NCBI GenBank assembly: GCA_964529715.1
Contig: CAZGXI010000009.1
Location: 20,349 to 84,348, forward strand
DNA length: 64,000 bases
Reading direction: 5' to 3'
DNA from: an uncultured Anaerolineae bacterium
GTDB lineage: Bacteria > Chloroflexota > Anaerolineae > Aggregatilineales > Ch27
Below the pieces are notes generated by a model that did no database searches, was not told the DNA's origin, and saw only the letters and a program-made list of their open reading frames with translations. Each line of letters starts with the position of its first letter. Positions within the stretch are counted from its first letter, which is position 1. The position numbers were made by a program, and so were the translations under genes. This document shows positions 49,061 to 58,793 of the stretch, one piece after another.

Positions 49061-50698
49061 ATGAAGATGCAGAGATTGTTGCGGCAAGGCGCTCTGTTGG
49101 TGAACCTGCTGATTGTTGCCATCTGGCTTTTTCCCTGGCTGATGACGCCGGCGGCAGCCGGGGCGCAGGGCGGCAACCTGTTGAACAACGGCGGTTTTGA
49201 GCAACCGCATGGCCGGGATTACCCGTCGTTGACTGCGCCGCCCGGCTGGAGCATCTGGGCAACAAGCGCCGAGTCGGGCTGGCAGGACCGGCGGCCTGAG
49301 ACGCGCCAGGTCCAGCGCGGCGATGCCGAGATCGCCGCTGCGCTCGGCGTTTATGAGGGCAACGGCGCGTTTGACGCCTACAAGGGCTGGTCAACGTTCA
49401 GCGTGTCGCTTTATCAGACTGTCGGCAACATCCAGCCGGGCAGCACGTTGCGCCTTACCGCTTTCGGGCGTATCTGGAGTTGCAACAACAATCAGGTCAA
49501 CGAGGATGACTGCCTGGGTGGGCGAGTCGAGTCCAATACCAGCGCCAGTTTTCGTGTCGGCATCGATCCTACTGGCGGGAACGATCCGAATTCAGGGAAT
49601 ATCGTTTGGTCGTCGCCGATTGCGCCCTACAGCGGATTCCAGCAGGCATCGGTTGAGGCAGTGGCGACGGGCAGTTCGGTAACGGTGGTGCTCAACGCGC
49701 GTATGGAACTGCCGGCCCGCCATCAGCATACGTTCTGGGACGGAGCCTCGCTGACTGTTGTCACTGGTGGAACCGGTGCGCCTGGTGCTCCTGCACAGCC
49801 GACTGCGACGCCCGTTCCTCAGCTCGCACCGGTTGTCTATCCGCAAGGACCACGTGAAGATGGTTCGGTCGTGCACGTCGTGGGCAGCGGCGATACGTTG
49901 GCGGCGATTGCCGTCGCCTATGGCATCGAACTGTCCGAACTGCTGGAACTGAATAACCTGACCTATGAGCAGGCGCGTCTGATCTATCCCGGCCAGGAAT
50001 TGATCGTCCGGCCTGCGCCGCTGGTGCCGGGAGGGGAGAGTAGCGGCGCAGGTCAGGCTGGAGACGCGGCGTCGGAGGCGGGCGGCGGCGAGGGACAGGC
50101 AGCCTCTGGCGGGGAGACCGTGTCGATGGGGCCGACTGTCCAGCCGGTCCAGGAATTTGCCCCCGCCCCAGTCGCTCAGGCCGTTGTCCCGGTCATGAAC
50201 CTGGATGCCAGATCGGATGGGCGCGTTTGCACGCTGCTGTTTGACGACATCAGCCCCAACCGGGTGCGCGAGAGTGGCGAACCGTTGCTGGTGGGTGGGC
50301 AGATCGATCTCTCTCAGGCGGGCGCGACCCTGCAAAGCTATACGACCGATGGTCAAAGCGAGCCGCACTGCTTTGAAGGGCTGGCGGCGGGCCAATACAT
50401 GATCCGCCTCGTCCCCCCGGTAAGTTATGGTGTGACGACGCCGGACAGCTATGTGCTGAATGTCAGCGCCGGGCAGACGGTGGAAGCTATCTTTGGCGCG
50501 GCAGCAGGATATATGCCTCCTCCGGCCTCGGCAGCAGGCACGGGCGGCCTGTTCAGCGACGAACCCGGCAGCGAGACCGATACCCGCGCCGACAGCCTGA
50601 CCGATCTGCTGCTTCAGTACAGCGGCGTGATCGTCCTGGCGCTGGCGGGGGTGGTTCTGCTTGGTGGGATCGTCCTGGCGTTGGCCTTCCGACGGTAA
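49061..50698 (+). CDS. secreted LysM-domain protein with C-terminal TM anchor
   Basis: Signal/TM at the N-terminus. LysM: HVVGSGDTLAAIAVAYGIELSELLELNNL...PGQELIV. C-terminal VIVLALAGVVLLGGIVLALAFRR. Confidence 0.65.
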   Translation: MKMQRLLRQGALLVNLLIVAIWLFPWLMTPAAAGAQGGNLLNNGGFEQPHGRDYPSLTAPPGWSIWATSAESGWQDRRPETRQVQRGDAEIAAALGVYEGNGAFDAYKGWSTFSVSLYQTVGNIQPGSTLRLTAFGRIWSCNNNQVNEDDCLGGRVESNTSASFRVGIDPTGGNDPNSGNIVWSSPIAPYSGFQQASVEAVATGSSVTVVLNARMELPARHQHTFWDGASLTVVTGGTGAPGAPAQPTATPVPQLAPVVYPQGPREDGSVVHVVGSGDTLAAIAVAYGIELSELLELNNLTYEQARLIYPGQELIVRPAPLVPGGESSGAGQAGDAASEAGGGEGQAASGGETVSMGPTVQPVQEFAPAPVAQAVVPVMNLDARSDGRVCTLLFDDISPNRVRESGEPLLVGGQIDLSQAGATLQSYTTDGQSEPHCFEGLAAGQYMIRLVPPVSYGVTTPDSYVLNVSAGQTVEAIFGAAAGYMPPPASAAGTGGLFSDEPGSETDTRADSLTDLLLQYSGVIVLALAGVVLLGGIVLALAFRR

Positions 50699-50762
50699 GG
50701 ACTCTGCCCGCGAAGGTTCACAGACGATGCAGCGGTGGGGTGCTCCCACCGCTGCTTTTTGT

Positions 50763-53669
50763 CTACGGATTTAGCACCAAGCTGGGGCCGTTTTCTCGTA
50801 AAACGGGATCAAGGATCGGCCACACCCGACTGGTAAACGAGTCGTAAAGCGTCAGCATCAGCGGACCGGGAGTGGAACTGTCTTCGGGGATATGCACGCA
50901 TAGGGTGTCGGTTACGGTTGCGCCCCAGCCCCACTTGAGCGTTGGAATTGCCCCACGAACCGGGACATTTTCGCTTTGGGCCGTGCTGCCCAGCGCCAGC
51001 TTGAAGGTCATGTCCTCTGTCACGGGAGCAGAACTTCGTATAGTCAGCAACACGCACGCCTCACTGCCGGGCTGCCGGGTTGCCTGAACGTCCACCCGCG
51101 TGATGACCACCTCGCCGACCGTCAGATAGCGTTCGCCGGAGAGCGGCCCATCCAACCGCGCTCCCGGCGTCAGCGGCAATCCCCACGCGCCCCGCGCCCA
51201 CAGGGTTTCTCCATCTTGCTGGACCTCCAGCCACAGCCCGCCGACGGTAGCCGTGTCCGGCAGATCGTGTGCCGTCGTCAGGAAGCCAGGCGTGACGGCG
51301 GGCAGGGCGCTGTGGGTCAGTTCGTCCGTTCCGGCATAAAGAGACAGTGTGGCTTGCGTCGGCGCAGTGATCTGCCAGTGCAGGTACAGCCGCGCACGCC
51401 CTGGCGCGGAAAGGTCATAGTCGTAGCCGATGAGGATCATTTCATTGCCAAAAGGAACGTGCCGTTCGCGTCCTGTGACCGGCGGCAGGGTTGGCTGAGC
51501 GATCTGTAGTAATGCGATGGGTGAGCGGAGCAGCCCCTCCTGATCGGGCAGCGCAAGCGGCTGCGGGTCGCCGGGGCGGTACACGCCTGCATAGAGGCGG
51601 TAATCACCCGGCAGCGTTGTTCGCGGGACGTACAGCGTATAACGCTGCTCGACCATCCCCTGCCCGGATAGTCCGTTGGCTATCAGCGGTTGATCGTCCT
51701 GAGCAAGGACGCGACCTTCGCCATCGACCAGGTGCACAAACGTCGCCAGTTGGCCGTAAGCTATTGCGCCGGGGATTTCCCAGAATAGGGTCAGGTGGAT
51801 GGCTTCGCCTGCCGCTGCATTTTCCGGCAGCGCGCCCCGGTACAGGGCGGTTTCACCATCTGGATAGTACGCTATGGGATGCTCTTCGCCTGTTGGAAAG
51901 CTCGCCGGGCCGACTCGCCAGCAGCTTTCCAAAGCCGAAAAAGTCTGTCCCAGATGGCGGTAAACTTCAGGGTAGTAGGAACAGGTGAGGAGCGGGCGAC
52001 CCTCACTGTCTTCCCTGATCAGCCGTGCCCAGGTGTCGAGAATCGACTCTGTGCCAGCCGGGGCGACGTAGCGGGTTTCCACGTCCGGGCGTAGCCCATC
52101 GATGGCCTGGACGGCCCACAGCGCCGTGACATGATGCCAGTTGGCGAGGATCATACTCTCCGGCGGAGCGGCTTCCAGCACGGCGCGGGCGTTCGATTCG
52201 GTTCGGTCAATCTGCTGGTAAGCACGCAGGCTGATCCACACGGGCCAGCCGGACCAGACGATGGCAACCGCTCCCAGCCCGGCCAGCAGCGGACCAGCGT
52301 ATCTGCCCGAATTCTGGCGTTGTATTGTTCCGGTGGCCCAGCCGACAGCTATCGCCAGGCAGACGTAGGCCGGGATCAGGTATTCCACCGTCTGCGGCGC
52401 GTGGTAGGTCGAGGCAACCAGGGCATGAATCCCGAACGCGCCGCCGAGTGCCAGCAGCAGCCAGCGGTCATGCCGGATCATGACTGCCAGGGCAAACACG
52501 GCCAGCGCGAGGACAAGCCAGTTCCACTGGAAAGCGAGAGCCTGCACGGTTGCCTGGAGCCGCCCCATGACTTCCGGCAGCGTGCGGTAGTAGAACATAT
52601 CGCCGCCGAATCCCGCTGCCGTCACGTGTTGCCAGAATCCCTCCCACGTCGTCAGGTTAGGCGGGGCGAGTGGCGCGTTTGCCCCGCCGCGCAGCAACAG
52701 GTAGGCCCAGGGTAGCGTTCCTGCCAGCGCCGCCAGCAGCACCGGCAGCCATTCACGCGGGCAGAACACCAGCCGGGGACGCGCAGCCAGGATCGCCAGC
52801 GCCAGTACACTGCCGGGAAAGATCAGGGAGGCGTGGTGCGTTACGCCCAATCCCGCCGCCATTCCGAAGCGTAGCAATGCCCGCCGCGCGTCCGGTTCGT
52901 GCGCTTCCCGGTTGGCGCGGCGATACGCCAGCGCCGCCTCTGCCAGCAGGGCAGTGAAGAGCGCACTCATAGGGCGGATGCTGGCTTGTGTTGCGGTGGT
53001 CCAGAACGAGGCCGACGTGCCCATCATGCCCGCTGCGATCACGCCTGCCCAGCCCAGGCGCGTTTCCTGTCGCACGGCCCGGCAGATCACGGCCAGCGTC
53101 AGCGCCCCGGTGATCGCCGAGAACAGGTTTACGCGGTCGGCCAGGCTGCCGATGGGCAACAGGCGGGCCAGCAGCCCCCCCAGGACGGTATAGAGCGGGT
53201 AGCCGGGAGGATGGGCCACGCCCCACCCGGCAATCACGAACTGGAATTCGCCCCCGTCGGCAGGCTGCACGCCCGGCGCCAGGGTCAGGGTGTAGAGCGC
53301 CAGCGCCGCTACAAATACCCCTGCATCGACCGTCCAGCCGTGGGCGTCCCACTGCGTCACCATCCAGGCCGCCGCTGCCAGTAGGCCGCACGCCAGCGCC
53401 AGGGCCGGGTCCTGGTAGGGAAGCACCATGTAGGGCAACACTAGCAGCGCCTGCCAGCCGAGGGAAGCCTCCTTCCGTCGCAGCCAGAGCGCGGCGGCTA
53501 CGCCCAATAGCAGCCCAACCGCTGCCCCTACTGGCGCAAGCGTGGGCAGAATAAACTCTGCTCCGACGCGGCTGGCGTAAAGAGCCATCAGCAGAGGAAT
53601 GCCGACCCGCGTCAACCCTGGCGCTGTCAGACCTGACCTGCCGTTGCGACATGTGCTCTGGGCCTGCAT
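50763..53669 (-). CDS. DUF2723/TMEM260-like GT-C membrane protein with large C-terminal soluble domain
   Basis: PADGGEFQFVIAGWGVAHPPGYPLYTVLG hallmark, about 11-13 TM segments, then about 450 aa non-membrane. ATG at 53669 lies 13 nt after the upstream stop. Confidence 0.7.
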   Translation of the reverse strand: MQAQSTCRNGRSGLTAPGLTRVGIPLLMALYASRVGAEFILPTLAPVGAAVGLLLGVAAALWLRRKEASLGWQALLVLPYMVLPYQDPALALACGLLAAAAWMVTQWDAHGWTVDAGVFVAALALYTLTLAPGVQPADGGEFQFVIAGWGVAHPPGYPLYTVLGGLLARLLPIGSLADRVNLFSAITGALTLAVICRAVRQETRLGWAGVIAAGMMGTSASFWTTATQASIRPMSALFTALLAEAALAYRRANREAHEPDARRALLRFGMAAGLGVTHHASLIFPGSVLALAILAARPRLVFCPREWLPVLLAALAGTLPWAYLLLRGGANAPLAPPNLTTWEGFWQHVTAAGFGGDMFYYRTLPEVMGRLQATVQALAFQWNWLVLALAVFALAVMIRHDRWLLLALGGAFGIHALVASTYHAPQTVEYLIPAYVCLAIAVGWATGTIQRQNSGRYAGPLLAGLGAVAIVWSGWPVWISLRAYQQIDRTESNARAVLEAAPPESMILANWHHVTALWAVQAIDGLRPDVETRYVAPAGTESILDTWARLIREDSEGRPLLTCSYYPEVYRHLGQTFSALESCWRVGPASFPTGEEHPIAYYPDGETALYRGALPENAAAGEAIHLTLFWEIPGAIAYGQLATFVHLVDGEGRVLAQDDQPLIANGLSGQGMVEQRYTLYVPRTTLPGDYRLYAGVYRPGDPQPLALPDQEGLLRSPIALLQIAQPTLPPVTGRERHVPFGNEMILIGYDYDLSAPGRARLYLHWQITAPTQATLSLYAGTDELTHSALPAVTPGFLTTAHDLPDTATVGGLWLEVQQDGETLWARGAWGLPLTPGARLDGPLSGERYLTVGEVVITRVDVQATRQPGSEACVLLTIRSSAPVTEDMTFKLALGSTAQSENVPVRGAIPTLKWGWGATVTDTLCVHIPEDSSTPGPLMLTLYDSFTSRVWPILDPVLRENGPSLVLNP

Positions 53670-53682
53670 CGCTGTTCCCCGA

Positions 53683-55107
53683 TCAGGGGTTGAGCGCCAT
53701 GCGTAATATCTGGTAGACAGGACGCTCGCTGCCGTCAGGTCGAAGCAAGCTGTAGCCGGCCTGCTCTTCTCGCCGTTCCGAGACGGCTCCCGGCAGCAGG
53801 GCAAAGTTCAGATTCCACAGAATGGTCGGGCCGATGTCGTTGTAGTTGCCGGAATTTTGCAGAATGTCGAGCGCCTCGATGGTATAGTTGGCCTGCGACC
53901 ATTCATTGACGTAGTCAAAGAATGGTTGCGGTGCAGGATAGCCGCCCAGGCCGTCATACGTAGCCCAACCGAACTCGGTGATCCACAACTGCTGCGTCGG
54001 CGGCGCGCCATATCGGCGCATGATCTGACGATAGGCGTCAATGTTATCCAGGAAGAAAAAGCGCGTGTTGTCGTCCCAACCCCGGTCTGCTACGGGGTCG
54101 CAACAGCGCGCATCCGGCGCGTTACCCCAGCCGTAGGGATGGATGCCCACCATCACGTCGGGGTAGTTCGCCAGTCCGGCCTGGTACATCTGCTCCAAAA
54201 AAGCGCGATCATCGGCTGAGAATTCGGATGTGCCGGTGGGAGCCAGCCCGGCAGTAATCAACTGGATACGATGACCGCTCTGGCTGCTCCAGCGGGTGAT
54301 GGTTTCGTAAGCAGGGCGGAACAGCCGCATGTATTCGCTGCCGGTCATCGGTGCGCCGGTCCACTCGCGGATCAGGTTCGGTTCATTCCAGATTTCGATG
54401 GCACTAAGCGCCCGGCCAAAGTCGCGGTCCAAGATAGTCTGGATAAAATCTGCCAATGCCTGCGGATCGGTCGGCGGGCCGTTGGCTTCGGTCGTGCTGC
54501 GCGCCCAGTCTGGCGCGCGGGTGATGCTGATCATCACCTGGAAGCCCCGCATAAGGGCATCCTGCATGTAAAGCTCCAGCATCTGCGATTCGGTGGATTC
54601 GTCTCCTGGGCCATCCGGTTGCAGCAGGTCCCACTCGAACTGCACCTTGATCCAACCGACGCCAAGCTCCTGGGCCTTGCTGAGCAGGTAGCGCCACTCA
54701 TCCTGAGTGACACGCGGGTGAATCTGGATGCCCACGCGCGCCGGATCGATAAAGGGCAGCGGGGTGGGGGAGATCGTCGGCGTAGCTGAAGGCGTGGGGG
54801 TGCCGGGCGTTGGCGTCACCGTCGGGCGCGGCGTGAAGGTTGGCGGCAGGGTGTATTCGGGTGGCACTATCGGGCCGATGGTGATGCCGGGCGGCAGCGT
54901 AGGCGAGGCTGTCGGGCTAGGTGTCACGGTTGCTGTGCCACCTGGTGTGGCATCGGTCGCTGCCGCTGTCACCGGCTCGACCACGGCTTCAGTTCCACTG
55001 ACAGGCGTGGGCGTGACGTACACCGGGATCGGCGTAGGCCGGGCGCACGCCGCCAGCGCCACCAGGGTGAGCAAACAGAGTAGGAGAAGGATTCTTTTTT
55101 GAGACAT
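53683..55107 (-). CDS. lipoprotein: Pro/Thr-rich linker plus clan GH-A glycoside hydrolase-like domain
   Basis: Lipobox LVALAAC. About 110 aa of PT/S-rich linker. IEIWNEPN and ITEFGW motifs (acid/base and nucleophile style of GH-A). Confidence 0.65.
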   Translation of the reverse strand: MSQKRILLLLCLLTLVALAACARPTPIPVYVTPTPVSGTEAVVEPVTAAATDATPGGTATVTPSPTASPTLPPGITIGPIVPPEYTLPPTFTPRPTVTPTPGTPTPSATPTISPTPLPFIDPARVGIQIHPRVTQDEWRYLLSKAQELGVGWIKVQFEWDLLQPDGPGDESTESQMLELYMQDALMRGFQVMISITRAPDWARSTTEANGPPTDPQALADFIQTILDRDFGRALSAIEIWNEPNLIREWTGAPMTGSEYMRLFRPAYETITRWSSQSGHRIQLITAGLAPTGTSEFSADDRAFLEQMYQAGLANYPDVMVGIHPYGWGNAPDARCCDPVADRGWDDNTRFFFLDNIDAYRQIMRRYGAPPTQQLWITEFGWATYDGLGGYPAPQPFFDYVNEWSQANYTIEALDILQNSGNYNDIGPTILWNLNFALLPGAVSERREEQAGYSLLRPDGSERPVYQILRMALNP

Positions 55108-55295
55108 GGCGGATCATGATACCCTAGATGTCCGGCTGTGGCGAATACACTTGCGTCTAATCCACATTCCGCGATAATGGAGCAAAAGAGGGTCTACAGA
55201 CCAGGGCGGCGCGGATGTGACCGCCGGGTTGATTTACGTCCGTCCACGCCCTCAAGTGGCGTGTTATAACGCCCGCGTGCTGGAGGAGAGGAATC

Positions 55296-57038
55296 ATGAG
55301 GCTTTCTATACGTTCCTTTGCGCTGGCCGTGTTAACGGCAGCCTTGATCACGGCGCTTTTGCCGCTTCCGGTCGCACGGGCGGCCACGACTGCCCCGGCG
55401 GCTTCTTCCCCGGCTCGCCAGTTTGAGCAGCCGATTGTCATTGTCAATACGGGCTTTCTCCATCTGCGCAGCGGGCCGGGCGGTTTCTATGCGGTCATTG
55501 GCACGTTGCCCGGCGGGTCGGTGCTGCCGGTGGTCGGTCGCAACCGCGACGATAGTTGGTGGCAGGTCCAGTCGGTTTTTGGCGTGGGTTGGGTTTCGGG
55601 AGAATTCGTGATCCCACGCGGCGACTTCACGTTGGTTCCCATCGTTAACGACCTGGGATTACGCGAACAGGCGCGCGCCCTGGTCGCTGGCAATCCGGTG
55701 AACGTCTATACTTATCCGGACCGGGGAGCCTTTTTGCTGGGCCTGGCGCTCGGCGGGTCAGAACTGCCCATTGCTGGTCGAACTGCCGACGGCGTATGGT
55801 GGCAGGTGCGTACCAACGTGGGAAGTGGCTGGGTGCTCCAGCAGGATGTGGTCCTGCGCGGTAGCGCGACAGCCGTGCCGGTCGTGACGGCGCCGGTCGC
55901 GCAGGTACAGCCGGTGGTGTTGCTTCCGCCGGTGACGACGACTATCCCTGACGGACAGGGTGGGGCCGAGCCGGCGACGACGACTACGACGACCACGACA
56001 GGCGGCACAACGGCGACGACCAATATCCGGCATGTTGCGGTGGTGCTCAGCGATGGCGGAGAGCTTAAGGAACGGCCCGACATTAACTCCGCCACCATTG
56101 ACTACGTCAATCCCAACGAGCGGTTCGACATCGTTCGTTACAGCCCGCGCGGCGATTTTGTCGAAGTCAGTTACCGCGAGAATTTCAGTTTCCGATCTGG
56201 CTGGATCAGCGTCGCCACCATCGGCATTGTGGTTCTGGATGATCCGCGCTTACAGGCGATCTACACCGGCCCCAACGTCTTGCTCGATCTTAAAGCCGCA
56301 CCGGATGAGAACTCCGAGACGGTGGCCGTCGTTCCCAGGGGCGCACAGATGGCAGTGAACAATTCCCTGCCGGGCGGGGTCTGGCTTCAGGTGCAGTACG
56401 GAACAGACATCGGTTGGGTGTCGGGCTTCTCGGTGATTATCGTCGGTTCGGGGCCTGCGACTACCACAACTGCGCAGACCACGCCGCTGGTGGGTTCGCC
56501 GGCCTCCGGGCTTTACGCCGGTGGGGTGGCGCTGGTGCCGGTTCCTCAACCGGAGCCAGCCCGTAATTACGTGATCGTCAACACCAGTTTCCTCAACGTG
56601 CGCAGTGGCCCCGGCGCGAACTACACCACGCTACAAACGGTCAGTGGGGCAACGGAATTTGACGTGACCGGCATCACGCCGGACAGCGTGTGGTTCCGCG
56701 TGGTCGGTCCCTTCGGCACCGGCTGGGTGAATTCGGAGTTTGTGATTTTCCGGGGCACCATCGGAGATGTTCCCGTCGTTCAGTACGGTGAGGCAACCGG
56801 CCTGACAACGGTTTCGCTGCCGCAGGCGATAGCCAACTCGCCGGTGAATGTCTACCTGGGTCCGGGGGTCAATACGGGTCTATTGGGTACGGCTTCTGCC
56901 AGGGCCAGCCTGCCAGTTGTCGGGCGCACCGCAGATTGGGTGTGGCTCCAGGTGCAGACTCAGGTAGGCTTCGGCTGGGTGCTGTATTCTACCATCACTT
57001 TCCGGGGCGAAGCTGGCCTCGTGCCGATTGTCGGCTGA
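55296..57038 (+). CDS. secreted protein with six bacterial SH3 (SH3b) repeats
   Basis: Signal peptide. Repeated VNTxFLxxRSGPGxxY...G...WxxV...GWV units. Poly-Thr spacer TTTTTTTGGTTATT. RBS GGAGGAGAGG. Confidence 0.8.
   Translation: MRLSIRSFALAVLTAALITALLPLPVARAATTAPAASSPARQFEQPIVIVNTGFLHLRSGPGGFYAVIGTLPGGSVLPVVGRNRDDSWWQVQSVFGVGWVSGEFVIPRGDFTLVPIVNDLGLREQARALVAGNPVNVYTYPDRGAFLLGLALGGSELPIAGRTADGVWWQVRTNVGSGWVLQQDVVLRGSATAVPVVTAPVAQVQPVVLLPPVTTTIPDGQGGAEPATTTTTTTTGGTTATTNIRHVAVVLSDGGELKERPDINSATIDYVNPNERFDIVRYSPRGDFVEVSYRENFSFRSGWISVATIGIVVLDDPRLQAIYTGPNVLLDLKAAPDENSETVAVVPRGAQMAVNNSLPGGVWLQVQYGTDIGWVSGFSVIIVGSGPATTTTAQTTPLVGSPASGLYAGGVALVPVPQPEPARNYVIVNTSFLNVRSGPGANYTTLQTVSGATEFDVTGITPDSVWFRVVGPFGTGWVNSEFVIFRGTIGDVPVVQYGEATGLTTVSLPQAIANSPVNVYLGPGVNTGLLGTASARASLPVVGRTADWVWLQVQTQVGFGWVLYSTITFRGEAGLVPIVG
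55428..57035 (+). repeat. intragenic array of six SH3b-coding modules (about 210-270 nt each)
   Basis: Protein-level repeats. Units 1 and 5, and units 2 and 6, are pairwise most similar. Confidence 0.7.
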
Positions 57039-57177
57039 GGGTGGCTGTGTGGATGCGATGAATGTCGTAAGGGCGACCAGGCGGTCGCCCTTACTGTGTG
57101 GGCTTGTACTTGACACGCTATCTTCGCCGGTTATTATAACGCCACAGACATGGACGCTTGCAGAGGGAGAGGATGAC

Positions 57178-57927
57178 ATGGCGCAGCTTGAGGGGCGGGT
57201 GGCGGTTGTGACCGGGGCAAGCCGGGGCATTGGCCGGGGAATCGCGTTGGAACTGGCCCGGCGGGGGGCGGCTGTGGTGGTGAATTATCAGGTTGCCGCC
57301 GATGCTGCTGCCGAGGTGGTCAGGGCTATCATTGAGGCAGGCGGCAAGGCCCAGGCGGTTCAGGCAGATGTGAGCAATACGGAGCAGGCGGCGGCGCTGA
57401 TCAAGGCGGCCATCGATGCTTACGGCCAGATCGACATTCTGGTGAACAACGCCGGGACGACCCGCGACAATCTAATCATGCTCATGAAAGAGGAGGATTG
57501 GGACATCGTCATCAATACCAACCTCAAGAGCGCCTGGAACTGCTCAAAAGCTGCCGTCCGCACGATGATGCGTAAACGCTATGGCCGTATCATTAACATC
57601 ACTAGCGTCAGCGGGATCGCCGGAAATGGCGGACAGACCAATTACAGCGCCAGCAAGGCAGGTATGATCGGCCTGACCAAAGCCCTGGCCCGCGAGGTGG
57701 CTGCGCGGAATATCACGGTTAACGCCGTTGCGCCTGGCTTCGTCGGCACCGATCTGACCGCTAATTTGCCATCCGACATCCGCACCCAACTGGACGCGGC
57801 CATTCCACTGGGCCGCTGGGGAACGGTGGAAGATGTGGCCTATGCTGTTGCCTTCTTGGCTTCGGATGAGGCAAGTTACATCACCGGGCAGGTTCTTTCG
57901 GTGGACGGTGGGCTGGTGATGGGGTAG
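57178..57927 (+). CDS. fabG: 3-oxoacyl-ACP reductase (SDR)
   Basis: TGASRGIGRGIA, NNAG, YSASKAG. Internal ATG at 57178 with RBS GAGGGAGAGG. Confidence 0.85.
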   Translation: MAQLEGRVAVVTGASRGIGRGIALELARRGAAVVVNYQVAADAAAEVVRAIIEAGGKAQAVQADVSNTEQAAALIKAAIDAYGQIDILVNNAGTTRDNLIMLMKEEDWDIVINTNLKSAWNCSKAAVRTMMRKRYGRIINITSVSGIAGNGGQTNYSASKAGMIGLTKALAREVAARNITVNAVAPGFVGTDLTANLPSDIRTQLDAAIPLGRWGTVEDVAYAVAFLASDEASYITGQVLSVDGGLVMG

Positions 57928-57965
57928 AGTGTAGGATATTGTTTTGAGTGTGTTCAAGGGGGCCT

Positions 57966-58325
57966 ATGGTCGCTCTCCGAAATCCTAACGACCGCGTAAC
58001 CGTCTCGTCAGACGTCCTGTTGACGGTGGTGCGGCTTTCGGCCCTGCGCGTGGATGGGGTGGCTCGCATGGGATCGACGCCGGGCGGTGTGGATCGCCTG
58101 TGGCGGCGAACGCCGGTGGCAGAAGGCGTGCAGATTTTGGTCGATGGGCAGACCGTCACGGTGGACCTGTTTATTGTGACCTATGCGACGACTAATATGC
58201 GTGAAGTGAGCCACGCCGTGCAGCTTGAGGTCGCTCGCGCTATTCGCCAGATCGTCGGGATGGAAGTGGCGGCGGTCAACGTACACATTGAAGACGTGGT
58301 CTTTGACCCGCCTGCCGGAGGCTGA
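57966..58325 (+). CDS. Asp23/Gls24 family envelope stress protein
   Basis: VTVSSDVLLTVVRLSALRVDGVARM...VNVHIEDV pattern. Conserved position upstream of nusB. Confidence 0.75.
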   Translation: MVALRNPNDRVTVSSDVLLTVVRLSALRVDGVARMGSTPGGVDRLWRRTPVAEGVQILVDGQTVTVDLFIVTYATTNMREVSHAVQLEVARAIRQIVGMEVAAVNVHIEDVVFDPPAGG

Positions 58326-58328
58326 TGT

Positions 58329-58793
58329 ATGCAAGGAGGACGTCGCCAGGCGCGGTGCGTTGCACTCCAGGCGTTATACGAAATCGATTGCGCCGGGCAT
58401 TCGGTGGCGGATGTATTGGCGGAGCGGCTTGTGGATGAGCCGCTGCCGGACAGCTTGCGCCCATTCGTTTACCAGCTGGTGAACGGCGTTTTGGAACATC
58501 AGCGTGCGCTAGATGCCCTGATTCAGCAATATGCACCAGAGTGGCCGATAGACCAGATGGCAATCATCGACCGTAATGTGTTGCGCATGGCGATCTTTGA
58601 GTTTGCCGTTTCCGAAACTGCGCCGCTCCGCGTGGCGATCAACGAGGCCGTCGAACTGGCGAAGGAGTTCGGCTCGGATCATTCACCCCGCTTTGTGAAC
58701 GGTGTGCTGGGCAGCCTGGCGGCCAAAGAATCGGAACTGCGGGCCGCATTTGTGCAGCAGAATGCCCCCCCGAAGACGGATACAGACCTATGA
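58329..58793 (+). CDS. nusB: transcription antitermination factor NusB
   Basis: ALQALYEID...DRNVLRMAIFE...INEAVELAKEFG...FVNGVLG. Confidence 0.9.
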   Translation: MQGGRRQARCVALQALYEIDCAGHSVADVLAERLVDEPLPDSLRPFVYQLVNGVLEHQRALDALIQQYAPEWPIDQMAIIDRNVLRMAIFEFAVSETAPLRVAINEAVELAKEFGSDHSPRFVNGVLGSLAAKESELRAAFVQQNAPPKTDTDL

